A stretch of 55,366 bases of DNA, taken from assembly GCA_947626655.1 (NCBI GenBank), contig CANQTA010000003.1, positions 1-55,366 on the forward strand, given 5' to 3'. Numbering within the stretch: the first letter of the stretch is position 1; each line of letters starts with the position of its first letter. Shown piece by piece: positions 37,912 through 49,842 of this stretch. A model generated the notes under the pieces. It was given only the letters and a program-made list of their open reading frames with translations. It was not told the DNA's origin and did not search any database. The position numbers were made by a program, and so were the translations under genes. The DNA is from an uncultured Bacilli bacterium (lineage in GTDB: Bacteria; Bacillota_I; Bacilli_A; RF39; UBA660).

Positions 37912-39173
37912 TATCTTAACCTTCTTCTTTTTTCTTTATAACTTCTTGCCATTAAACTACTTTCTAATTGTTTATAAGTTTCAATGGCTACACCAACAAC
38001 AATAAGAAGTCCTGTACCTCCGACGGTAACTGTATTTGGTAAAGTTGTAAATCTACTAACCAATACCGGTAAAATAGCAATTATCGTTAAGAAGATACTT
38101 CCTACAATTGTAAGTCTACTGATTGATTTGCTAATATAAGCTGAGGTATCACTTCCAGGTCTAATACCAGGAATATAGCCACCTCTTTCATTTAAATTTT
38201 TACTCATTTCATCGGGATTCATAATCATAAATGTATAGAAATAACCAAAGAATAAAATTAAAATTATATATAAAATCATTCCAGTATTAGATGTATTAAC
38301 TATATATTTATTAATAAAATCCATTGCCTTGGTTTTACCTGTTAAAGCTACTATTGTTGAGGGAATTGTTAATAATATTTGTGCAAAGATAACAGGAATT
38401 ACACCAGCAGCATTTATTTTAATTGGTAAAAAACTTTGTTCAGCACCATAAGCACTTGTTGTTCTATTAGAATATTGAATAGGTATTCTTCTTTCAGCTA
38501 TTTGGATATAAACTATACCTACTAATATTAATAAATAAACTAATATAAAGACGATAAATAATATAATACCTATTGTTAAATCATAACTTCCATGAATAAA
38601 AGCATCATAAGCACCAGTAAATATACCACGCATACTTTGCATTATTCCAGCCATTATTAACATTGATGTACCATTACCAATTCCTTTTTTAGAAATTTGA
38701 TCGCCTAACCATAGACAGAAAGAAGTACCTGCAGTCATTACTAATGCTGTTTTTACTATCTCAACAGTACCAAATGATTTAATATAGAATAAACATAACG
38801 CATAAGCTTGAACAAAAGCAAAAACAATTGCTAAATAACGAGTGATTTTATTCATTTTTTGTCTACCAACATAACCTTGGTCTTTTAATTCACTAAAATA
38901 TGGAATAATATCCATTTGTAATAGTTGGGTTATAATGGAAGCAGTAATATATGGTGATACTCCAAGAGCAAATATTGATACATTTTGAAGTCCACCACCA
39001 CTCATTAAGTTAAATATTTCCAGTACACCTAAGCCTTCAGTAATTCTGGAAGCCCAAGGTACAGTAACAGTTGTTCCCACACAGAACAAACCTAAACAAA
39101 ATAAAGTGAAATAAATTCTTTTTCTTAAATCTTTATTAGATTTACTGAATAATTGGGAAAAACCTTGGAACAT
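37911..39173 (-). CDS. secY: Preprotein translocase SecY
   Basis: SIFALGVSPYITASII.QLL, GIGNG.S, AGVIPVIFA, IPGIRPG. Confidence 0.99.
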   Translation of the reverse strand: MFQGFSQLFSKSNKDLRKRIYFTLFCLGLFCVGTTVTVPWASRITEGLGVLEIFNLMSGGGLQNVSIFALGVSPYITASIITQLLQMDIIPYFSELKDQGYVGRQKMNKITRYLAIVFAFVQAYALCLFYIKSFGTVEIVKTALVMTAGTSFCLWLGDQISKKGIGNGTSMLIMAGIMQSMRGIFTGAYDAFIHGSYDLTIGIILFIVFILVYLLILVGIVYIQIAERRIPIQYSNRTTSAYGAEQSFLPIKINAAGVIPVIFAQILLTIPSTIVALTGKTKAMDFINKYIVNTSNTGMILYIILILFFGYFYTFMIMNPDEMSKNLNERGGYIPGIRPGSDTSAYISKSISRLTIVGSIFLTIIAILPVLVSRFTTLPNTVTVGGTGLLIVVGVAIETYKQLESSLMARSYKEKRRRLR

Positions 39174-39617
39174 CTAAATCACCTCAGCTTTGCCACCGGC
39201 TTCTTCTATTTTAGTTACAGCCTTACTAGAAAATCTTTGTGCTTTGATAATTAATTTTTTATCTAAATTACCATTACCTAATACTTTAATACCACACAAA
39301 CTTTTCTTTATTATTCCTCTTTCCTTTAAAATTTCGGGAGTTACTGTTTCACCATCTTTAAAGAATTTACTTAGAGTATCAAGATTAATTGTTGCAAATT
39401 CAACTCTAAATCTTTTATTATTAAATCCTCTTTTAGGTATTCTTCTATATAATGGAGATTGTCCACCTTGAAACCATGCCGGAATTGATGCACCACTTCT
39501 AGCTTTTTGACCTTTTTCACCACGAGTTGATGTTTTACCCATTCCTGATCCAGGTCCACGGCCAACCCTTTTTTCAACTTTCGTTTCTTTTGATTTTGGT
39601 AAATTCTCTAATCTCAT
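39174..39617 (-). CDS. rplO: 50S ribosomal protein L15
   Basis: RVGRG.GSG.GKTS.RG.KGQKARSG, GGQ.PLYRRIPKRGF. Confidence 0.99.
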   Translation of the reverse strand: MRLENLPKSKETKVEKRVGRGPGSGMGKTSTRGEKGQKARSGASIPAWFQGGQSPLYRRIPKRGFNNKRFRVEFATINLDTLSKFFKDGETVTPEILKERGIIKKSLCGIKVLGNGNLDKKLIIKAQRFSSKAVTKIEEAGGKAEVI

Positions 39618-40135
39618 TATAATTCCTCCACTTTTTTGCCACGTAATGCTGCGATATGTTCTGGAGTTCTTTGAGCTTGTAAACCTTTTAAAGTAGCTTT
39701 GGCTACATTAATTTGAGTATTAGCTCCTAAACTTTTGGCAACAATGTCTTTAACACCAGCAAGTTCTAGGACAGCTCTTGCTGCACCACCAGCAATAATT
39801 CCACGACCTTCTTTAGCAGGTTTTATTAAAACTACACTTCTTCCTACTTTACCAGTTTCTTCATGAGGTATAGTTCTATTATCAATTAAAGATATTTTAA
39901 CAACATTTTTATTGGCTGCTTGAATAGCTTTTTTAATTGCTTCAGAAACTTCATTGGCTTTACCAGTTCCAATACCAACTAAGCCTTTTCTGTTACCAAC
40001 AGCAACATCGGCTTTAAAACGGAAATGTCTACCACCTTTGGTAACTTTTGTTACTTTAGATATTGAGATAACCTTTTCTTCTAATAAATTCTTTTTGGTA
40101 TCATTATTTTTTCTAACTATATTTTTCTTATCCAT
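39617..40135 (-). CDS. rpsE: 30S ribosomal protein S5
   Basis: [32 protein letters not shown]. Confidence 0.99.
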   Translation of the reverse strand: MDKKNIVRKNNDTKKNLLEEKVISISKVTKVTKGGRHFRFKADVAVGNRKGLVGIGTGKANEVSEAIKKAIQAANKNVVKISLIDNRTIPHEETGKVGRSVVLIKPAKEGRGIIAGGAARAVLELAGVKDIVAKSLGANTQINVAKATLKGLQAQRTPEHIAALRGKKVEEL

Positions 40136-40144
40136 GTTATCCTC

Positions 40145-40501
40145 CTATATCTCTAATCCTGCTTCTCTAGCAGCATCTGCTAGCGCACTAACACGACCAT
40201 GATAAAGGTAACCACCACGGTCAAATACAACTTTATTAATTTTAGCTTTTTTACATTTAGCAGCAATATCTTTACCAACTTCTTTAGCTGCTTCAATATT
40301 ACCACCATTTGAAAGTTTTAATGCACGGCTTGATGAAGATACCAATGTTGTTCCAGTGACATCATCAATTACTTGCGCATAAATTTCTGAATTGGAACGA
40401 AAAACATTAAGTCTAGGCATTTCTTTAGTACCACTAATATTTTTTCTAACTCTAGCATGTCTTATTTGACGTGCTTTATTACTAGATTCTTTTTTTATCA
40501 T
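40145..40501 (-). CDS. rplR: 50S ribosomal protein L18
   Basis: [23 protein letters not shown]. Confidence 0.99.
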   Translation of the reverse strand: MIKKESSNKARQIRHARVRKNISGTKEMPRLNVFRSNSEIYAQVIDDVTGTTLVSSSSRALKLSNGGNIEAAKEVGKDIAAKCKKAKINKVVFDRGGYLYHGRVSALADAAREAGLEI

Positions 40502-40512
40502 ATTTTACCTCC

Positions 40513-41049
40513 TTAAGCCGCTTTCTTTCCTTCTTTACGACGAACTATTTCGCCTTTGTAACGAATACCTTTACCTTTATATGGTTCTGGTTCTCTTATT
40601 TTTCTAATATTAGCTGCAAATTCTGCAACTTTTTGTTTATCAGTACCTTTGATAGTAAGTTCAGTATTGCTAACAAGTTCAGCATGTAAACCTTCTGGTA
40701 CTATTAATTCAACAGGATGAGAAAAACCTGCGCTTATAACTATTTTATTACCTTGAACATTAAAACGATATCCAACACCAACAGCTTCTAAGCCTTTTTC
40801 AAACCCTACGGAAATACCAGTTAACATACTACTAATTAATGAATTGGTTGTACCTTGCATAATATTAGCTTCTTTTGTATCTTTAACTTTTTTAGTACAT
40901 ACTGAATTTTCAGCAATTACTACTTCAACTAAAGGATTAACATTTAAACTAAGTTCACCTTTAGCACCTTTGACTACTAATTTATTTCCTTCAAGTGTTA
41001 CTGTTACACCAGCAGGAATAGTTAATTTTCTTTCACCGATTCTACTCAT
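40513..41049 (-). CDS. rplF: 50S ribosomal protein L6
   Basis: MSRIG, GVGYR, PEPYKGKGIRY. Confidence 0.99.
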   Translation of the reverse strand: MSRIGERKLTIPAGVTVTLEGNKLVVKGAKGELSLNVNPLVEVVIAENSVCTKKVKDTKEANIMQGTTNSLISSMLTGISVGFEKGLEAVGVGYRFNVQGNKIVISAGFSHPVELIVPEGLHAELVSNTELTIKGTDKQKVAEFAANIRKIREPEPYKGKGIRYKGEIVRRKEGKKAA

Positions 41050-41055
41050 AATTAC

Positions 41056-41454
41056 TTACCAAATATAGGCAAGGACTTCGCCTCCTAACTTTTGGGCTCT
41101 AGCTTCTTTATCAGTCATTAAACCTTTAGAAGTAGAGATAATCGCAATACCTAAGCCATTTAGAACACGAGGAACTTCTGTAGCTTTAGCATATACACGT
41201 AAACCAGATTTACTGATTCTTTTAAGTCCAGTGATAACTCTTTCTTTTTTAGCTCCATATTTAAGAGTTAATGTAAGCTTATCACCTTGAGGACATTTTT
41301 CATAATTATATTCTTCAATGTAACCTTCGCGTTTTAATATTTCGGCAATACCTAAAGTCATTTTAGTTCCAACAACTTCAACTGTAGGATATTTCATAAT
41401 ATTAGCATTACGAATACGAGTTAACATATCAGCTATTTTATCTTGTACAAACAT
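41056..41454 (-). CDS. rpsH: 30S ribosomal protein S8
   Basis: [23 protein letters not shown]. Confidence 0.99.
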   Translation of the reverse strand: MFVQDKIADMLTRIRNANIMKYPTVEVVGTKMTLGIAEILKREGYIEEYNYEKCPQGDKLTLTLKYGAKKERVITGLKRISKSGLRVYAKATEVPRVLNGLGIAIISTSKGLMTDKEARAQKLGGEVLAYIW

Positions 41455-41468
41455 TTAGATCCTCCTTC

Positions 41469-41654
41469 TTACCAACTAGATTTCTTTACGCCAGGTATTT
41501 GGCCTTTATTTGCGAGTTCCCTAAAACAGATACGACATAATTTGAATTTACTTAAAACTGCATGAGGTCTTCCACATCTTTCACATCTTGTGTATTCTCG
41601 CGCACTAAATTTTTGTTTTCTACTATTTTTAACTTTTAAACTTGTTTTAGCCAT
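41469..41654 (-). CDS. rpsN: 30S ribosomal protein S14 (type Z)
   Basis: RCERCGRP...LCRICFRE...PGVKKSSW. Confidence 0.99.
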   Translation of the reverse strand: MAKTSLKVKNSRKQKFSAREYTRCERCGRPHAVLSKFKLCRICFRELANKGQIPGVKKSSW

Positions 41655-41662
41655 ATTTACAC

Positions 41663-42202
41663 CTAACCTTTAAATGGCATTCCAAATGCCTTAAGTAAGC
41701 TTAATGCTTCTTCATTACTTTTTGCTGTGGTAACAAATACAATATCTAAACCACGAATTTTATAAACATTATCATATTCAATTTCTGGGAATATAAGTTG
41801 TTCTTTGATACCTAATGTATAATTTCCTTTACCATCAAAGGCATGAGCAGAAACCCCACGGAAATCACGAACTCTTGGTAAACTAACTTTAATTAATTTT
41901 TCCATAAAATTGTACATGTTTTCACCTCTTAAAGTTACTTTAACTCCAACAGGTTGACCTTCTCTTAATTTAAAACCAGCGATAGATTTACGAGCTTTAG
42001 TTACAATTGGTTTTTGACCAGTAATATCTGTTATATCTTTAACAGCAGCTTCAATGAATTTAACATCATGTGAACCTTCACCAACCCCCATATTTAGAAC
42101 AATTTTTTCTAAACGTGGTACTTGCATAATACTTTTATAACCAAATTCTTGCATTAAATCTTTTTTAATTTTTGATTCATACATTTCTTTAAAATTACTC
42201 AT
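41663..42202 (-). CDS. rplE: 50S ribosomal protein L5
   Basis: [25 protein letters not shown]. Confidence 0.99.
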   Translation of the reverse strand: MSNFKEMYESKIKKDLMQEFGYKSIMQVPRLEKIVLNMGVGEGSHDVKFIEAAVKDITDITGQKPIVTKARKSIAGFKLREGQPVGVKVTLRGENMYNFMEKLIKVSLPRVRDFRGVSAHAFDGKGNYTLGIKEQLIFPEIEYDNVYKIRGLDIVFVTTAKSNEEALSLLKAFGMPFKG

Positions 42203-42210
42203 AAATTCAC

Positions 42211-42519
42211 CTACTTACTAGCTTTCTTAGTAGATTTTTTAGTTTCTTTTGTATCTACTTTTTTAGTTTCTTTTTTGGTTTCCTTTTTAGTAGTAGTTTT
42301 ACCATCTACTAATTTAACATTGGAAACATGGATAGGCATTTCAATTTCAAAAATACCACCCTTATCATTAGTTGTTCTTGGCTTAGTATGTCTTTTTGCT
42401 ATATTAACGCCCTCAACAACAACTTTATTTTTATCTTTCAAAGTTTTTAAAACTTTGCCTGTTTTACCTTTATCAGCACCAGCTATTACACGAACATTGT
42501 CATTTACTTTTATTTTCAT
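42211..42519 (-). CDS. rplX: 50S ribosomal protein L24
   Basis: V.VIAG.DKGK.G, VEGVN, PIHVSNV; K/T-rich tail. Confidence 0.98.
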   Translation of the reverse strand: MKIKVNDNVRVIAGADKGKTGKVLKTLKDKNKVVVEGVNIAKRHTKPRTTNDKGGIFEIEMPIHVSNVKLVDGKTTTKKETKKETKKVDTKETKKSTKKASK

Positions 42520-42527
42520 AAATCCTC

Positions 42528-42896
42528 CTATAATACCTCAGGAGCTAGTGAAACAATCTTCATATAATCTTTTTCTCTTAATTCTCTAGCTACTGGACCT
42601 AATACTCTAGTACCAATTGGACTTTTATCATCTTTAATAAGTACACAAGCATTGTCATCAAATTTAATATAAGATCCATCAGAACGACGTACCCCTTCAA
42701 CAGTTCTAACAATAACTGCTTTTACAACTTTTCCTTTAGGCATGTTACTATTAGGAATAGCTTTTTTAACAGTACCAACAACTACGTCACCAATGTTTCC
42801 ACTTTTAACTTTACTACCACCCATAACTTTAATTACTAAAAGTTCACGAGCACCAGTATTGTCAGCTACTTTTAATCTTGTTTCCTCTCTTACCAT
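42528..42896 (-). CDS. rplN: 50S ribosomal protein L14
   Basis: [20 protein letters not shown]. Confidence 0.99.
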   Translation of the reverse strand: MVREETRLKVADNTGARELLVIKVMGGSKVKSGNIGDVVVGTVKKAIPNSNMPKGKVVKAVIVRTVEGVRRSDGSYIKFDDNACVLIKDDKSPIGTRVLGPVARELREKDYMKIVSLAPEVL

Positions 42897-42905
42897 AATA
42901 ACCTC

Positions 42906-43163
42906 CTAAAGAATTACAGCTTTTTCTAAGACTTCAACTAATTCATATTTCTTTGATTTAGAAATTGGTTTAGTTAATCTTATTCTAACTGTATCTCCTA
43001 TTTTAGCTTCATTTTTTTCATCATGTGTAGCATATTTTTTTGAATATTTTACACGTTTATTATATAGAGGATGACGTTTATAAGTTTCGACTAAAACTGT
43101 AATAGTTTTATCGCATTTATCACTTACAACTTTACCAACTAATTCTTGAACTCTTTTAGCCAT
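42906..43163 (-). CDS. rpsQ: 30S ribosomal protein S17
   Basis: G.VVSDK.DKTITV.V, HPLY.K, PISK.K. Confidence 0.99.
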   Translation of the reverse strand: MAKRVQELVGKVVSDKCDKTITVLVETYKRHPLYNKRVKYSKKYATHDEKNEAKIGDTVRIRLTKPISKSKKYELVEVLEKAVIL

Positions 43164-43366
43164 TATTTACTTTCCTCCTCTAATTCTCTTTCTCTAAGAA
43201 CAGTTTTCATTCTTGCAACATTTTTTCTTAAATTATATAACTCTTTAGGTTTTTCTAAAGTACCATTGGCTTGTTGCATTCTTTTTGTGAATAATTCATC
43301 TTTAGTTTCTCTGATTTTTTTCTTTAAATCAGCATCAGATAGTTTTCTAATTTCTTTAATATCCAC
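43163..43366 (-). CDS. rpmC: 50S ribosomal protein L29
   Basis: EIR.LS, ELF..R.Q.A.G.L, RK.VAR.KTV.RE. Confidence 0.97.
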   Translation of the reverse strand: MDIKEIRKLSDADLKKKIRETKDELFTKRMQQANGTLEKPKELYNLRKNVARMKTVLRERELEEESK

Positions 43367-43368
43367 TT

Positions 43369-43782
43369 TTATTCACCATCCTTTTTAACAAATTTGCATT
43401 TGATAGGAAGTTTATGAGATGCAAGACGAAGAGCTTCTCGAGCAGTTGCTTCATCAACATCACAAATTTCAAACATGATTTTGCCTTCCTTAACTACTGC
43501 AACATATTGTTCTACATTACCTTTACCTTTTCCTTGACGAGTTTCTAATGGTTTCATTGTTAAAGGTAAATGTGGGAAAATGTTAATAAATACTTTTCCA
43601 CCACGTTTCATATAACGAGTCATTGCAATACGAGCCGCTTCAATTTGACGAGCAGATACCCAAGCTCCTTCTAAAGCCATAAGACCATAATCGCCTTTAG
43701 TTAAAACGGTATTTCCTTTAGCATGACCATCATATGTTAATCTGTGCGACTTTCTATATTTAGTCCTCTTTGGCATCAACAT
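43369..43782 (-). CDS. rplP: 50S ribosomal protein L16
   Basis: [23 protein letters not shown]. Confidence 0.99.
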   Translation of the reverse strand: MLMPKRTKYRKSHRLTYDGHAKGNTVLTKGDYGLMALEGAWVSARQIEAARIAMTRYMKRGGKVFINIFPHLPLTMKPLETRQGKGKGNVEQYVAVVKEGKIMFEICDVDEATAREALRLASHKLPIKCKFVKKDGE

Positions 43783-44440
43783 GGTTAGTCGCCTCCTTTT
43801 TGTTTACCTTTTTAGTAGGTAATATTTCATCTTTATAGATCCAAACTTTAACACCTATTTTTCCATATGTAGTATTAGCTTCACTAACAGCATAATCAAT
43901 ATCAGCACGGATAGTATGTAGAGGAACTGTTCCTTCAGTATATCCTTCACTACGAGCCATTTCAACACCATTAAGTCTTCCTGAAACTAAAGTTTTGATA
44001 CCTTTAGCTCCTGCTTTCATTGTATCTCTAATTGCTTTTTTTTGCGCTGCTCTAAATGGAGCTCTGTTTTCAATTTGAGTTGCAATATTATCTGCAACTA
44101 ATTTTGCATTTAAATTTGGATTTTTTTCTTCCACAATGTTAATAAATACTTCTTCATTAACAAGTTTTGCAACTTTCTTTCTTAGTTTTTCAATATCTTC
44201 GCCACCACGACCAATGATTACACCTGGTTTAGCAGTTCTAATTGTAACTTCAACTTTTTTGTTTTTTCTTTCGATGATAACTGAAGAAATTGCAGCATCT
44301 TTTAGACTAGTTAAGATATATTCACGAATTTTAATATCTTTATTTAAATTAGTGGCATAATCTTTTTTAGAATACCAACGAGATTCCCAGTCTTTATTAA
44401 CACCTAAACGGTAACCGACTGGATTAACTTTTTGTCCCAT
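43760..44440 (-). CDS. rpsC: 30S ribosomal protein S3
   Basis: MGQKVNP.G.RLG, KPG.IIG, VPLHT.RADIDY. Confidence 0.99.
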   Translation of the reverse strand: MGQKVNPVGYRLGVNKDWESRWYSKKDYATNLNKDIKIREYILTSLKDAAISSVIIERKNKKVEVTIRTAKPGVIIGRGGEDIEKLRKKVAKLVNEEVFINIVEEKNPNLNAKLVADNIATQIENRAPFRAAQKKAIRDTMKAGAKGIKTLVSGRLNGVEMARSEGYTEGTVPLHTIRADIDYAVSEANTTYGKIGVKVWIYKDEILPTKKVNKKEATNHVDAKED

Positions 44441-44793
44441 TATTCTGCACTTCCTTCCTCTTTATTATCAGTAACAACTATTTTAATATGACTTGTTCTT
44501 TTATCATGACGATCAACATTACCACGAGAAGCAAATTGAATTCTTTTTAAAACCCGACCGGGATTAACAAAACATTCTTTGATAACTAAGTCATTTTCAT
44601 TCATATTATTATTGTTGACAGCATTTGCTACTGCTGAATTTAAAACTTTTAAAATCATTTTACTAGCTTTAGTATTGGTTGTTTCTAAAATTCTTCTGGC
44701 GCTTTCCACATCTTTGCCTCTAACTAAATCCATAGTCATACGAGCTAAACGTGGTTTTATAATTGCGCCTTTATGTATTGCATAAGCTTCCAT
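44440..44793 (-). CDS. rplV: 50S ribosomal protein L22
   Basis: DLVRGK, L.SAVANA, KRTSHI; position in the operon. Confidence 0.97.
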   Translation of the reverse strand: MEAYAIHKGAIIKPRLARMTMDLVRGKDVESARRILETTNTKASKMILKVLNSAVANAVNNNNMNENDLVIKECFVNPGRVLKRIQFASRGNVDRHDKRTSHIKIVVTDNKEEGSAE

Positions 44794-45062
44794 TATTTAT
44801 TACCTCCACCAGCATGGCCTGTAAACTTCCGAGTTTGAGAAAATTCACCAAGCTTATGGCCAACCATTTCTTCAGTTATATATACTGGAACGAAATCTTT
44901 ACCATTGTGAATAGCAATAGTGTGTCCAACAAAGTCAGGATAGATTGTGCTTCTTCTTGACCAAGTTTTAATAACTGTTTTTTTATTTTCCTTATTTAAG
45001 TTTTGAACCTTTTTAAGTAAAGATTCTTCAATATAAGGACCTTTTTTTAAACTTCTTGCCAT
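44793..45062 (-). CDS. rpsS: 30S ribosomal protein S19
   Basis: [25 protein letters not shown]. Confidence 0.99.
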   Translation of the reverse strand: MARSLKKGPYIEESLLKKVQNLNKENKKTVIKTWSRRSTIYPDFVGHTIAIHNGKDFVPVYITEEMVGHKLGEFSQTRKFTGHAGGGNK

Positions 45063-45071
45063 ATTATCCTC

Positions 45072-45905
45072 CTATTTACTCTTCCTACTAATAATTAATT
45101 TTTCAGAAGCTTTCTTAGTTTTACGAGTTTTGTGACCAAGGGCTGGTTTACCCCAAGGAGTCATCGGACTCTTACGACCAACAGGGGCACGTCCTTCACC
45201 ACCACCATGTGGGTGATCGTTAGGGTTCATTACACTACCACGGTTAGTAGGTCTTACACCCATGTGTCTTTTACGTCCAGCTTTTCCTAAATTAACTAGG
45301 TTAGCATCTTCATTACCAACAACACCAATTGTTGCCATACAAGTTCCTAAAATCTTTCTTGTTTCACCAGATTGCAAACGAATAATTACGTATTTACCAT
45401 CACGACCAAGGATTTGCGCACTAGCACCAGCAGCTCGACAAAGTTCTGCACCTTTTCCTGGTTTTAATTCAATACAATGAACCATTGTACCAACAGGAAT
45501 ATTTTGAAGTGGTAAAGCATTTCCAACTTTAATATCAGCACCTTCACCATTTTCAATAATCATATTAACTTTTAAACCATTTGGAGCAATGATGTATCTT
45601 TTTTCACCATCACGATAGTTTATAAGTGCTATGTTAGCATTTCTGTTAGGATCGTATTCAACTGTTGCAACACGACCAGTAACACCTATTTTATTTCTTT
45701 TGAAATCAATAACCCGATATTTTTTAGTAGCGCCACCACCAATGTGCCGAACTGTTAATTTACCTTGATTATTTCTTCCACCTGTTTTATTTACCTTTTT
45801 AACTAAAGATTTAGTAGGATTATTACCAATAGTTAATTCTTCATTACCTAAAGTAGTCATTCCTCTTCGACCATTAGTTGTTGGTCTATAATGTTTAATT
45901 GCCAT
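45072..45905 (-). CDS. rplB: 50S ribosomal protein L2
   Basis: [24 protein letters not shown]. Confidence 0.99.
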   Translation of the reverse strand: MAIKHYRPTTNGRRGMTTLGNEELTIGNNPTKSLVKKVNKTGGRNNQGKLTVRHIGGGATKKYRVIDFKRNKIGVTGRVATVEYDPNRNANIALINYRDGEKRYIIAPNGLKVNMIIENGEGADIKVGNALPLQNIPVGTMVHCIELKPGKGAELCRAAGASAQILGRDGKYVIIRLQSGETRKILGTCMATIGVVGNEDANLVNLGKAGRKRHMGVRPTNRGSVMNPNDHPHGGGEGRAPVGRKSPMTPWGKPALGHKTRKTKKASEKLIISRKSK

Positions 45906-45919
45906 TAGTATTCTCCTTC

Positions 45920-46195
45920 CTATAAATCAATAGTAGAGCCTGCAGCTAAGGTTACCATAGCTTTTTTATATGCCTTAGTTGTTCCTTCATATTTACCTAC
46001 TCTACGTCTTTTAGTTTTTGTATTTAGTGTATTAACACTTTTTACATTAACTTTAAATGCTTCTTCAACAGCTTTTTTGATTTCTGTTTTGGTTGCATTT
46101 TTAGCTACCTTAAATGTATAAACATTTTCTTTTCTTTCAGCCATACTTTTTTCAGTAATAACCGGCGAATAAATAATATCACTATAATGTTTCAT
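45920..46195 (-). CDS. rplW: 50S ribosomal protein L23
   Basis: PVITEKS, ATKTEIK.AVE..F, KKA.VTL. Confidence 0.98.
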   Translation of the reverse strand: MKHYSDIIYSPVITEKSMAERKENVYTFKVAKNATKTEIKKAVEEAFKVNVKSVNTLNTKTKRRRVGKYEGTTKAYKKAMVTLAAGSTIDL

Positions 46196-46818
46196 TATTT
46201 AAGCACCTCCTCAATTTTATTTAATGCTTCTTCTTCAATTACTAAAGTATCAGCATTAGTTAAATCATAACAATTGATTTCATTATACATAAGCACTAAA
46301 ACATTACCTAAATTTCTAGTTGCCATGTATAAATTTTCATTTTCATCACTTGTTACAAATAAGATTTTGCCACTTAATTTTAAATTTTCTAAAATAGTTG
46401 TAGCTTCTTTTGTCTTAAGGCTATCTAATTTGATACTATCAAGAATTACTAGAGCTTTTTCTTTAGCTTTATAAGTTAAAGCAGTTTTTAAAGCTAGAAC
46501 TCTTTCTTTACGATTAATTTTAAAACTGTAATCACGAGGATTAACACCAAAAGCAATTCCGCCACCACGCCATTGAGTAGCACGAATACTACCTTGACGA
46601 GCCCGACCAGTACCTTTTTGTTTCCATGGTTTTCTTCCACCACCAGATACTTCTGCTCTCGTTTTAGTTTTTCTTGTACCTTGACGCATACTATCTAGTT
46701 GTAAACGAATCATTTTCTTTAAAGCGTCATCATTTACATCAATATTCCAAATTTTACTTTCAAGAGTGATATCTTTAACTACATCACCTTTTATATTTTT
46801 AACACTTATCTTTGTCAT
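46195..46818 (-). CDS. rplD: 50S ribosomal protein L4
   Basis: RQGT..TKTRAEVSGGGRKPWKQKGTGRARQGS. Confidence 0.99.
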   Translation of the reverse strand: MTKISVKNIKGDVVKDITLESKIWNIDVNDDALKKMIRLQLDSMRQGTRKTKTRAEVSGGGRKPWKQKGTGRARQGSIRATQWRGGGIAFGVNPRDYSFKINRKERVLALKTALTYKAKEKALVILDSIKLDSLKTKEATTILENLKLSGKILFVTSDENENLYMATRNLGNVLVLMYNEINCYDLTNADTLVIEEEALNKIEEVLK

Positions 46819-46837
46819 TGTAATTCCTTTCTAAAGA

Positions 46838-47644
46838 CTATTTAGCCTCATCCGGATTTTCTTCTTTAGTTTCTTCTTTTACTTCTTCAGTAGTTTCAGG
46901 AGTATTTTCGACTTCAGTTGTTTCTTCAACTGGGGTATTTTCTGAATTTTCTCCTTCTTCAACTACTTCATCAACTACAGTTTCTTCTTCATAAGTTAAG
47001 ATTTCTTTAGCATCTTTCTTACGAGAATTTTTGATAGCACTTTTAATATAAACTAAAGAATTTTTAGCACCTGGAATATTGCCACTTACTAAGATATAAT
47101 TTTCAGCTTCGTTAACTTCAATTATCTCTAAATTTTGAATTGTTACAGTTTCGACTCCCATATGTCCTGGAAGTTTTTTACCCTTTAATACTCTTTTAGG
47201 AAGCATTGTACCAAGAGAACCTGGTCCTCTATGATAATGTGATCCATGTCCCATAGGTCCACGAGATCCATTCCATCTTTTAATAACACCTTGCATTCCT
47301 TTTCCTTTTGAAGTACCAGTAACATCAACAACGTCACCTACTTCAAAAATTGCAGCACTTATTTTATCTCCTATATTATAAGCGCCTTCATAATCTCTTA
47401 TTTCTTTTAAGAAGCGCTTAGGAGTTGTACTAGCTTTTTTGGCATGACCAATTTCAGCCTTATTAGTACGATTTTGTTTCTTTTCAAATACGCCTAGTTG
47501 AAGAGCATTATAACCATCTTTTTCTACTGTTTTTACTTGCATTACAGTATTAGGTTCACAAGCAATTACTGTAACAGGAATTAATTTACCGGCTTTAGTA
47601 AATACTTGGGTCATTCCAACTTTGCGTCCTAAGATTCCTTTCAT
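46838..47644 (-). CDS. rplC: 50S ribosomal protein L3 with an acidic C-terminal tail
   Basis: [28 protein letters not shown]. Confidence 0.99.
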   Translation of the reverse strand: MKGILGRKVGMTQVFTKAGKLIPVTVIACEPNTVMQVKTVEKDGYNALQLGVFEKKQNRTNKAEIGHAKKASTTPKRFLKEIRDYEGAYNIGDKISAAIFEVGDVVDVTGTSKGKGMQGVIKRWNGSRGPMGHGSHYHRGPGSLGTMLPKRVLKGKKLPGHMGVETVTIQNLEIIEVNEAENYILVSGNIPGAKNSLVYIKSAIKNSRKKDAKEILTYEEETVVDEVVEEGENSENTPVEETTEVENTPETTEEVKEETKEENPDEAK

Positions 47645-47665
47645 TTTTATTTCCTTCCTTTTCTA

Positions 47666-47980
47666 TTATTTAAATGTTTTAATTTGGATGTCAACTCCAC
47701 TTGGTAAATCTAAATGTGTTAAAGCATCGATAATTTCTTTACTTGGATTTTTAATTTCCACTAATCTCTTATGAGTTCTTCTTTCAAATTGTTCACGAGA
47801 GTCTTTGTATTTGTGGACTGCTCTAAGTACAGTAAACTTCTCTATCTCTGTTGGAAGAGGTACTGGACCAGAAATCTCGCCACCTATTCTTTTGACAGTC
47901 TCAACTATTTTAGAAGCTGCTACATCAAGTACACGATGATCATAAGCTTTTAAGTTGATTCTTACTTTACTATTTGACAT
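47666..47980 (-). CDS. rpsJ: 30S ribosomal protein S10
   Basis: [26 protein letters not shown]. Confidence 0.99.
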   Translation of the reverse strand: MSNSKVRINLKAYDHRVLDVAASKIVETVKRIGGEISGPVPLPTEIEKFTVLRAVHKYKDSREQFERRTHKRLVEIKNPSKEIIDALTHLDLPSGVDIQIKTFK

Positions 47981-48110
47981 TTACTAAGTCCTCCTTTCGC
48001 CTATATCTAGTATAGACTTGCTCCACTCGAATTACCTGAGTTATCTAGAAAGATATTTACCAACTCTTCCTAGTGTATCAGCAACCTCGCGCATCATTGC
48101 AGTCATACGA
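47981..48110 (-). ncRNA. Conserved Bacilli-type S10 operon leader
   Basis: GC-richer 5' UTR with GAGGTTGCTGATACAC...GGAGCAAGTCTAT...GGCGAAAGGAGG, matching the S10 leader pattern as recalled. Confidence 0.7.
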
Positions 48111-48115
48111 ATATG

Positions 48116-48145
48116 ATTATAGCACACTAATTATATGTTTTGCAA
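48116..48145 (-). promoter_or_regulatory. S10 operon promoter
   Basis: TTGCAA, 18 nt, TATAAT, with an extended TG. Confidence 0.75.
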
Positions 48146-48263
48146 CAAAAAAATAACTATTTTTTTAACTTTTTTAAAGAAAACTATATTAGTAATCAGA
48201 CATCTTATTTTTTAAATTTTAATAAAGAATTAAAAAAATGTTAGATTTCTCTAACAAATTTAA

Positions 48264-49778
48264 TTAATATTCAGAACTTTCAAATATATTTGATATTTCA
48301 TTTATTAATTCTAGTAATGTTTCATTATTAGCTATATTATTTAAAATTTTATTTGTATCTTCTTCGGTTAAATTATCAGCTTTTATAGCATTGGCTGTAT
48401 TAAATCCTTCGACACTTTTTATTTCTTTATTAGTAGCATTAATATTAATGGTAAATTCAAGATCTGGAGTTGGCATTTTTATTTTGGCCTTGATACTAAT
48501 ATCGTTAGCATTTTCTTTATTGTAATTTAATTCTAATGTGGTACCCTCAGCACTCATGCTTACTTCAACTAAAGTGTCTGACATTTTTAAACTTAGTTTT
48601 ACACCTTCATAATCAATATCTAAAGCTGTTTCTTTTTCATCTAAAGTTAAGGTTCCATATTTTTCACCTGCAACTACAATATTAAATTTATTTTCAGCTA
48701 TTTTTTCTAATACTATTTTTGACTCTTCGTTATCAAGTTCTATTTTTTCTAGTTTATTACCATTACTTGTATAAACATCAATAGTTATGTTTTTACCATC
48801 ATTAGTAATATCATTTTGGAAACTTTGTAATTTTTCTTTAATTTCGGTTACACTCATTGCTGATACTTCACTACAAGATTGCAACAATTTCGAATTATTA
48901 AGCATGTCATCTATTATTTGTTTAATGATAGCAACTTGATTTTCAGCAGTTAAATTTAAACGATATTTTGTCGTATTTATACTTTTATTTAATACTGTTA
49001 TTTTTTCTTCAGTAGTTGTAAAATATTCTGTCTTTAAAGAATTTTTAATAATTTTACTCATTTCTTCAACAATTATTTTTAAATCAGCACTTTTGGTATC
49101 CCAAACATTTGCATAATCTTCAGAATTTTCTAATAAAGAAATAGGACGGTTATATAAATTGTCTAAATTAACATAAATATTCTTATTATCAGCATATATT
49201 TTTGGACTAAGTAACTTTTTATTATTATATAAAGCTTGTAAATCAAGAGATATTTTCTTATTTTCATAATCAAGACCTAAATCATATTTTAAAGACATTT
49301 TATTAATAATGGTGGCAATTTTTTGAATATCTTTGTCACTCGATTTCATATTAAAGGTTATATCTGCTTCATTACCTAGTAAACTAGGAGTTTTAACAGC
49401 GCTTAGAAATTTTTCACTCACTGTATCGATAATTTCATAGTAAACATTTTTAGGAGTTGGTTTTTTATAAATAAATTTATAAACGCCTAAACCAACTAAT
49501 AAAACAATTAAACAACCTACTACTACTAAAGGGATTAAGAACTTATTTTTCTTTGGAGTTTGATTAGTCGGAGAATTATTAACCGGCGGATTTCCAACAT
49601 TGTTTGTAGGCATGGCATTTAATACTTCAACATTATTGGGAGTCAAAGACATACCATTATTTGCATTTTCACTAGGATTACTTGGATTATTGACAGGGGT
49701 GACATTATTTAAATTGTTAAATTCTTGATTGGGTACTTCATTAGTAAGAGTACCATTCAAATTTTGATTATTATTCAT
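48264..49778 (-). CDS. Hypothetical membrane-anchored protein
   Basis: N/P-rich low-complexity N-terminus (~75 aa), KKNK plus TM, then a large beta-rich outer domain. Confidence 0.8.
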   Translation of the reverse strand: MNNNQNLNGTLTNEVPNQEFNNLNNVTPVNNPSNPSENANNGMSLTPNNVEVLNAMPTNNVGNPPVNNSPTNQTPKKNKFLIPLVVVGCLIVLLVGLGVYKFIYKKPTPKNVYYEIIDTVSEKFLSAVKTPSLLGNEADITFNMKSSDKDIQKIATIINKMSLKYDLGLDYENKKISLDLQALYNNKKLLSPKIYADNKNIYVNLDNLYNRPISLLENSEDYANVWDTKSADLKIIVEEMSKIIKNSLKTEYFTTTEEKITVLNKSINTTKYRLNLTAENQVAIIKQIIDDMLNNSKLLQSCSEVSAMSVTEIKEKLQSFQNDITNDGKNITIDVYTSNGNKLEKIELDNEESKIVLEKIAENKFNIVVAGEKYGTLTLDEKETALDIDYEGVKLSLKMSDTLVEVSMSAEGTTLELNYNKENANDISIKAKIKMPTPDLEFTININATNKEIKSVEGFNTANAIKADNLTEEDTNKILNNIANNETLLELINEISNIFESSEY

Positions 49779-49842
49779 TTACTTCATACTTCCTTCCACA
49801 CTATTCTATTTAATGATAACATATTTTTTATATTATTTAAAG

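Noticed and set aside
35664-47953. Short alternative-frame or antisense ORFs within the ribosomal cluster (e.g. 39190, 39371, 42275, 45262)
   Set aside because: They overlap highly conserved ribosomal protein genes and have no independent support.
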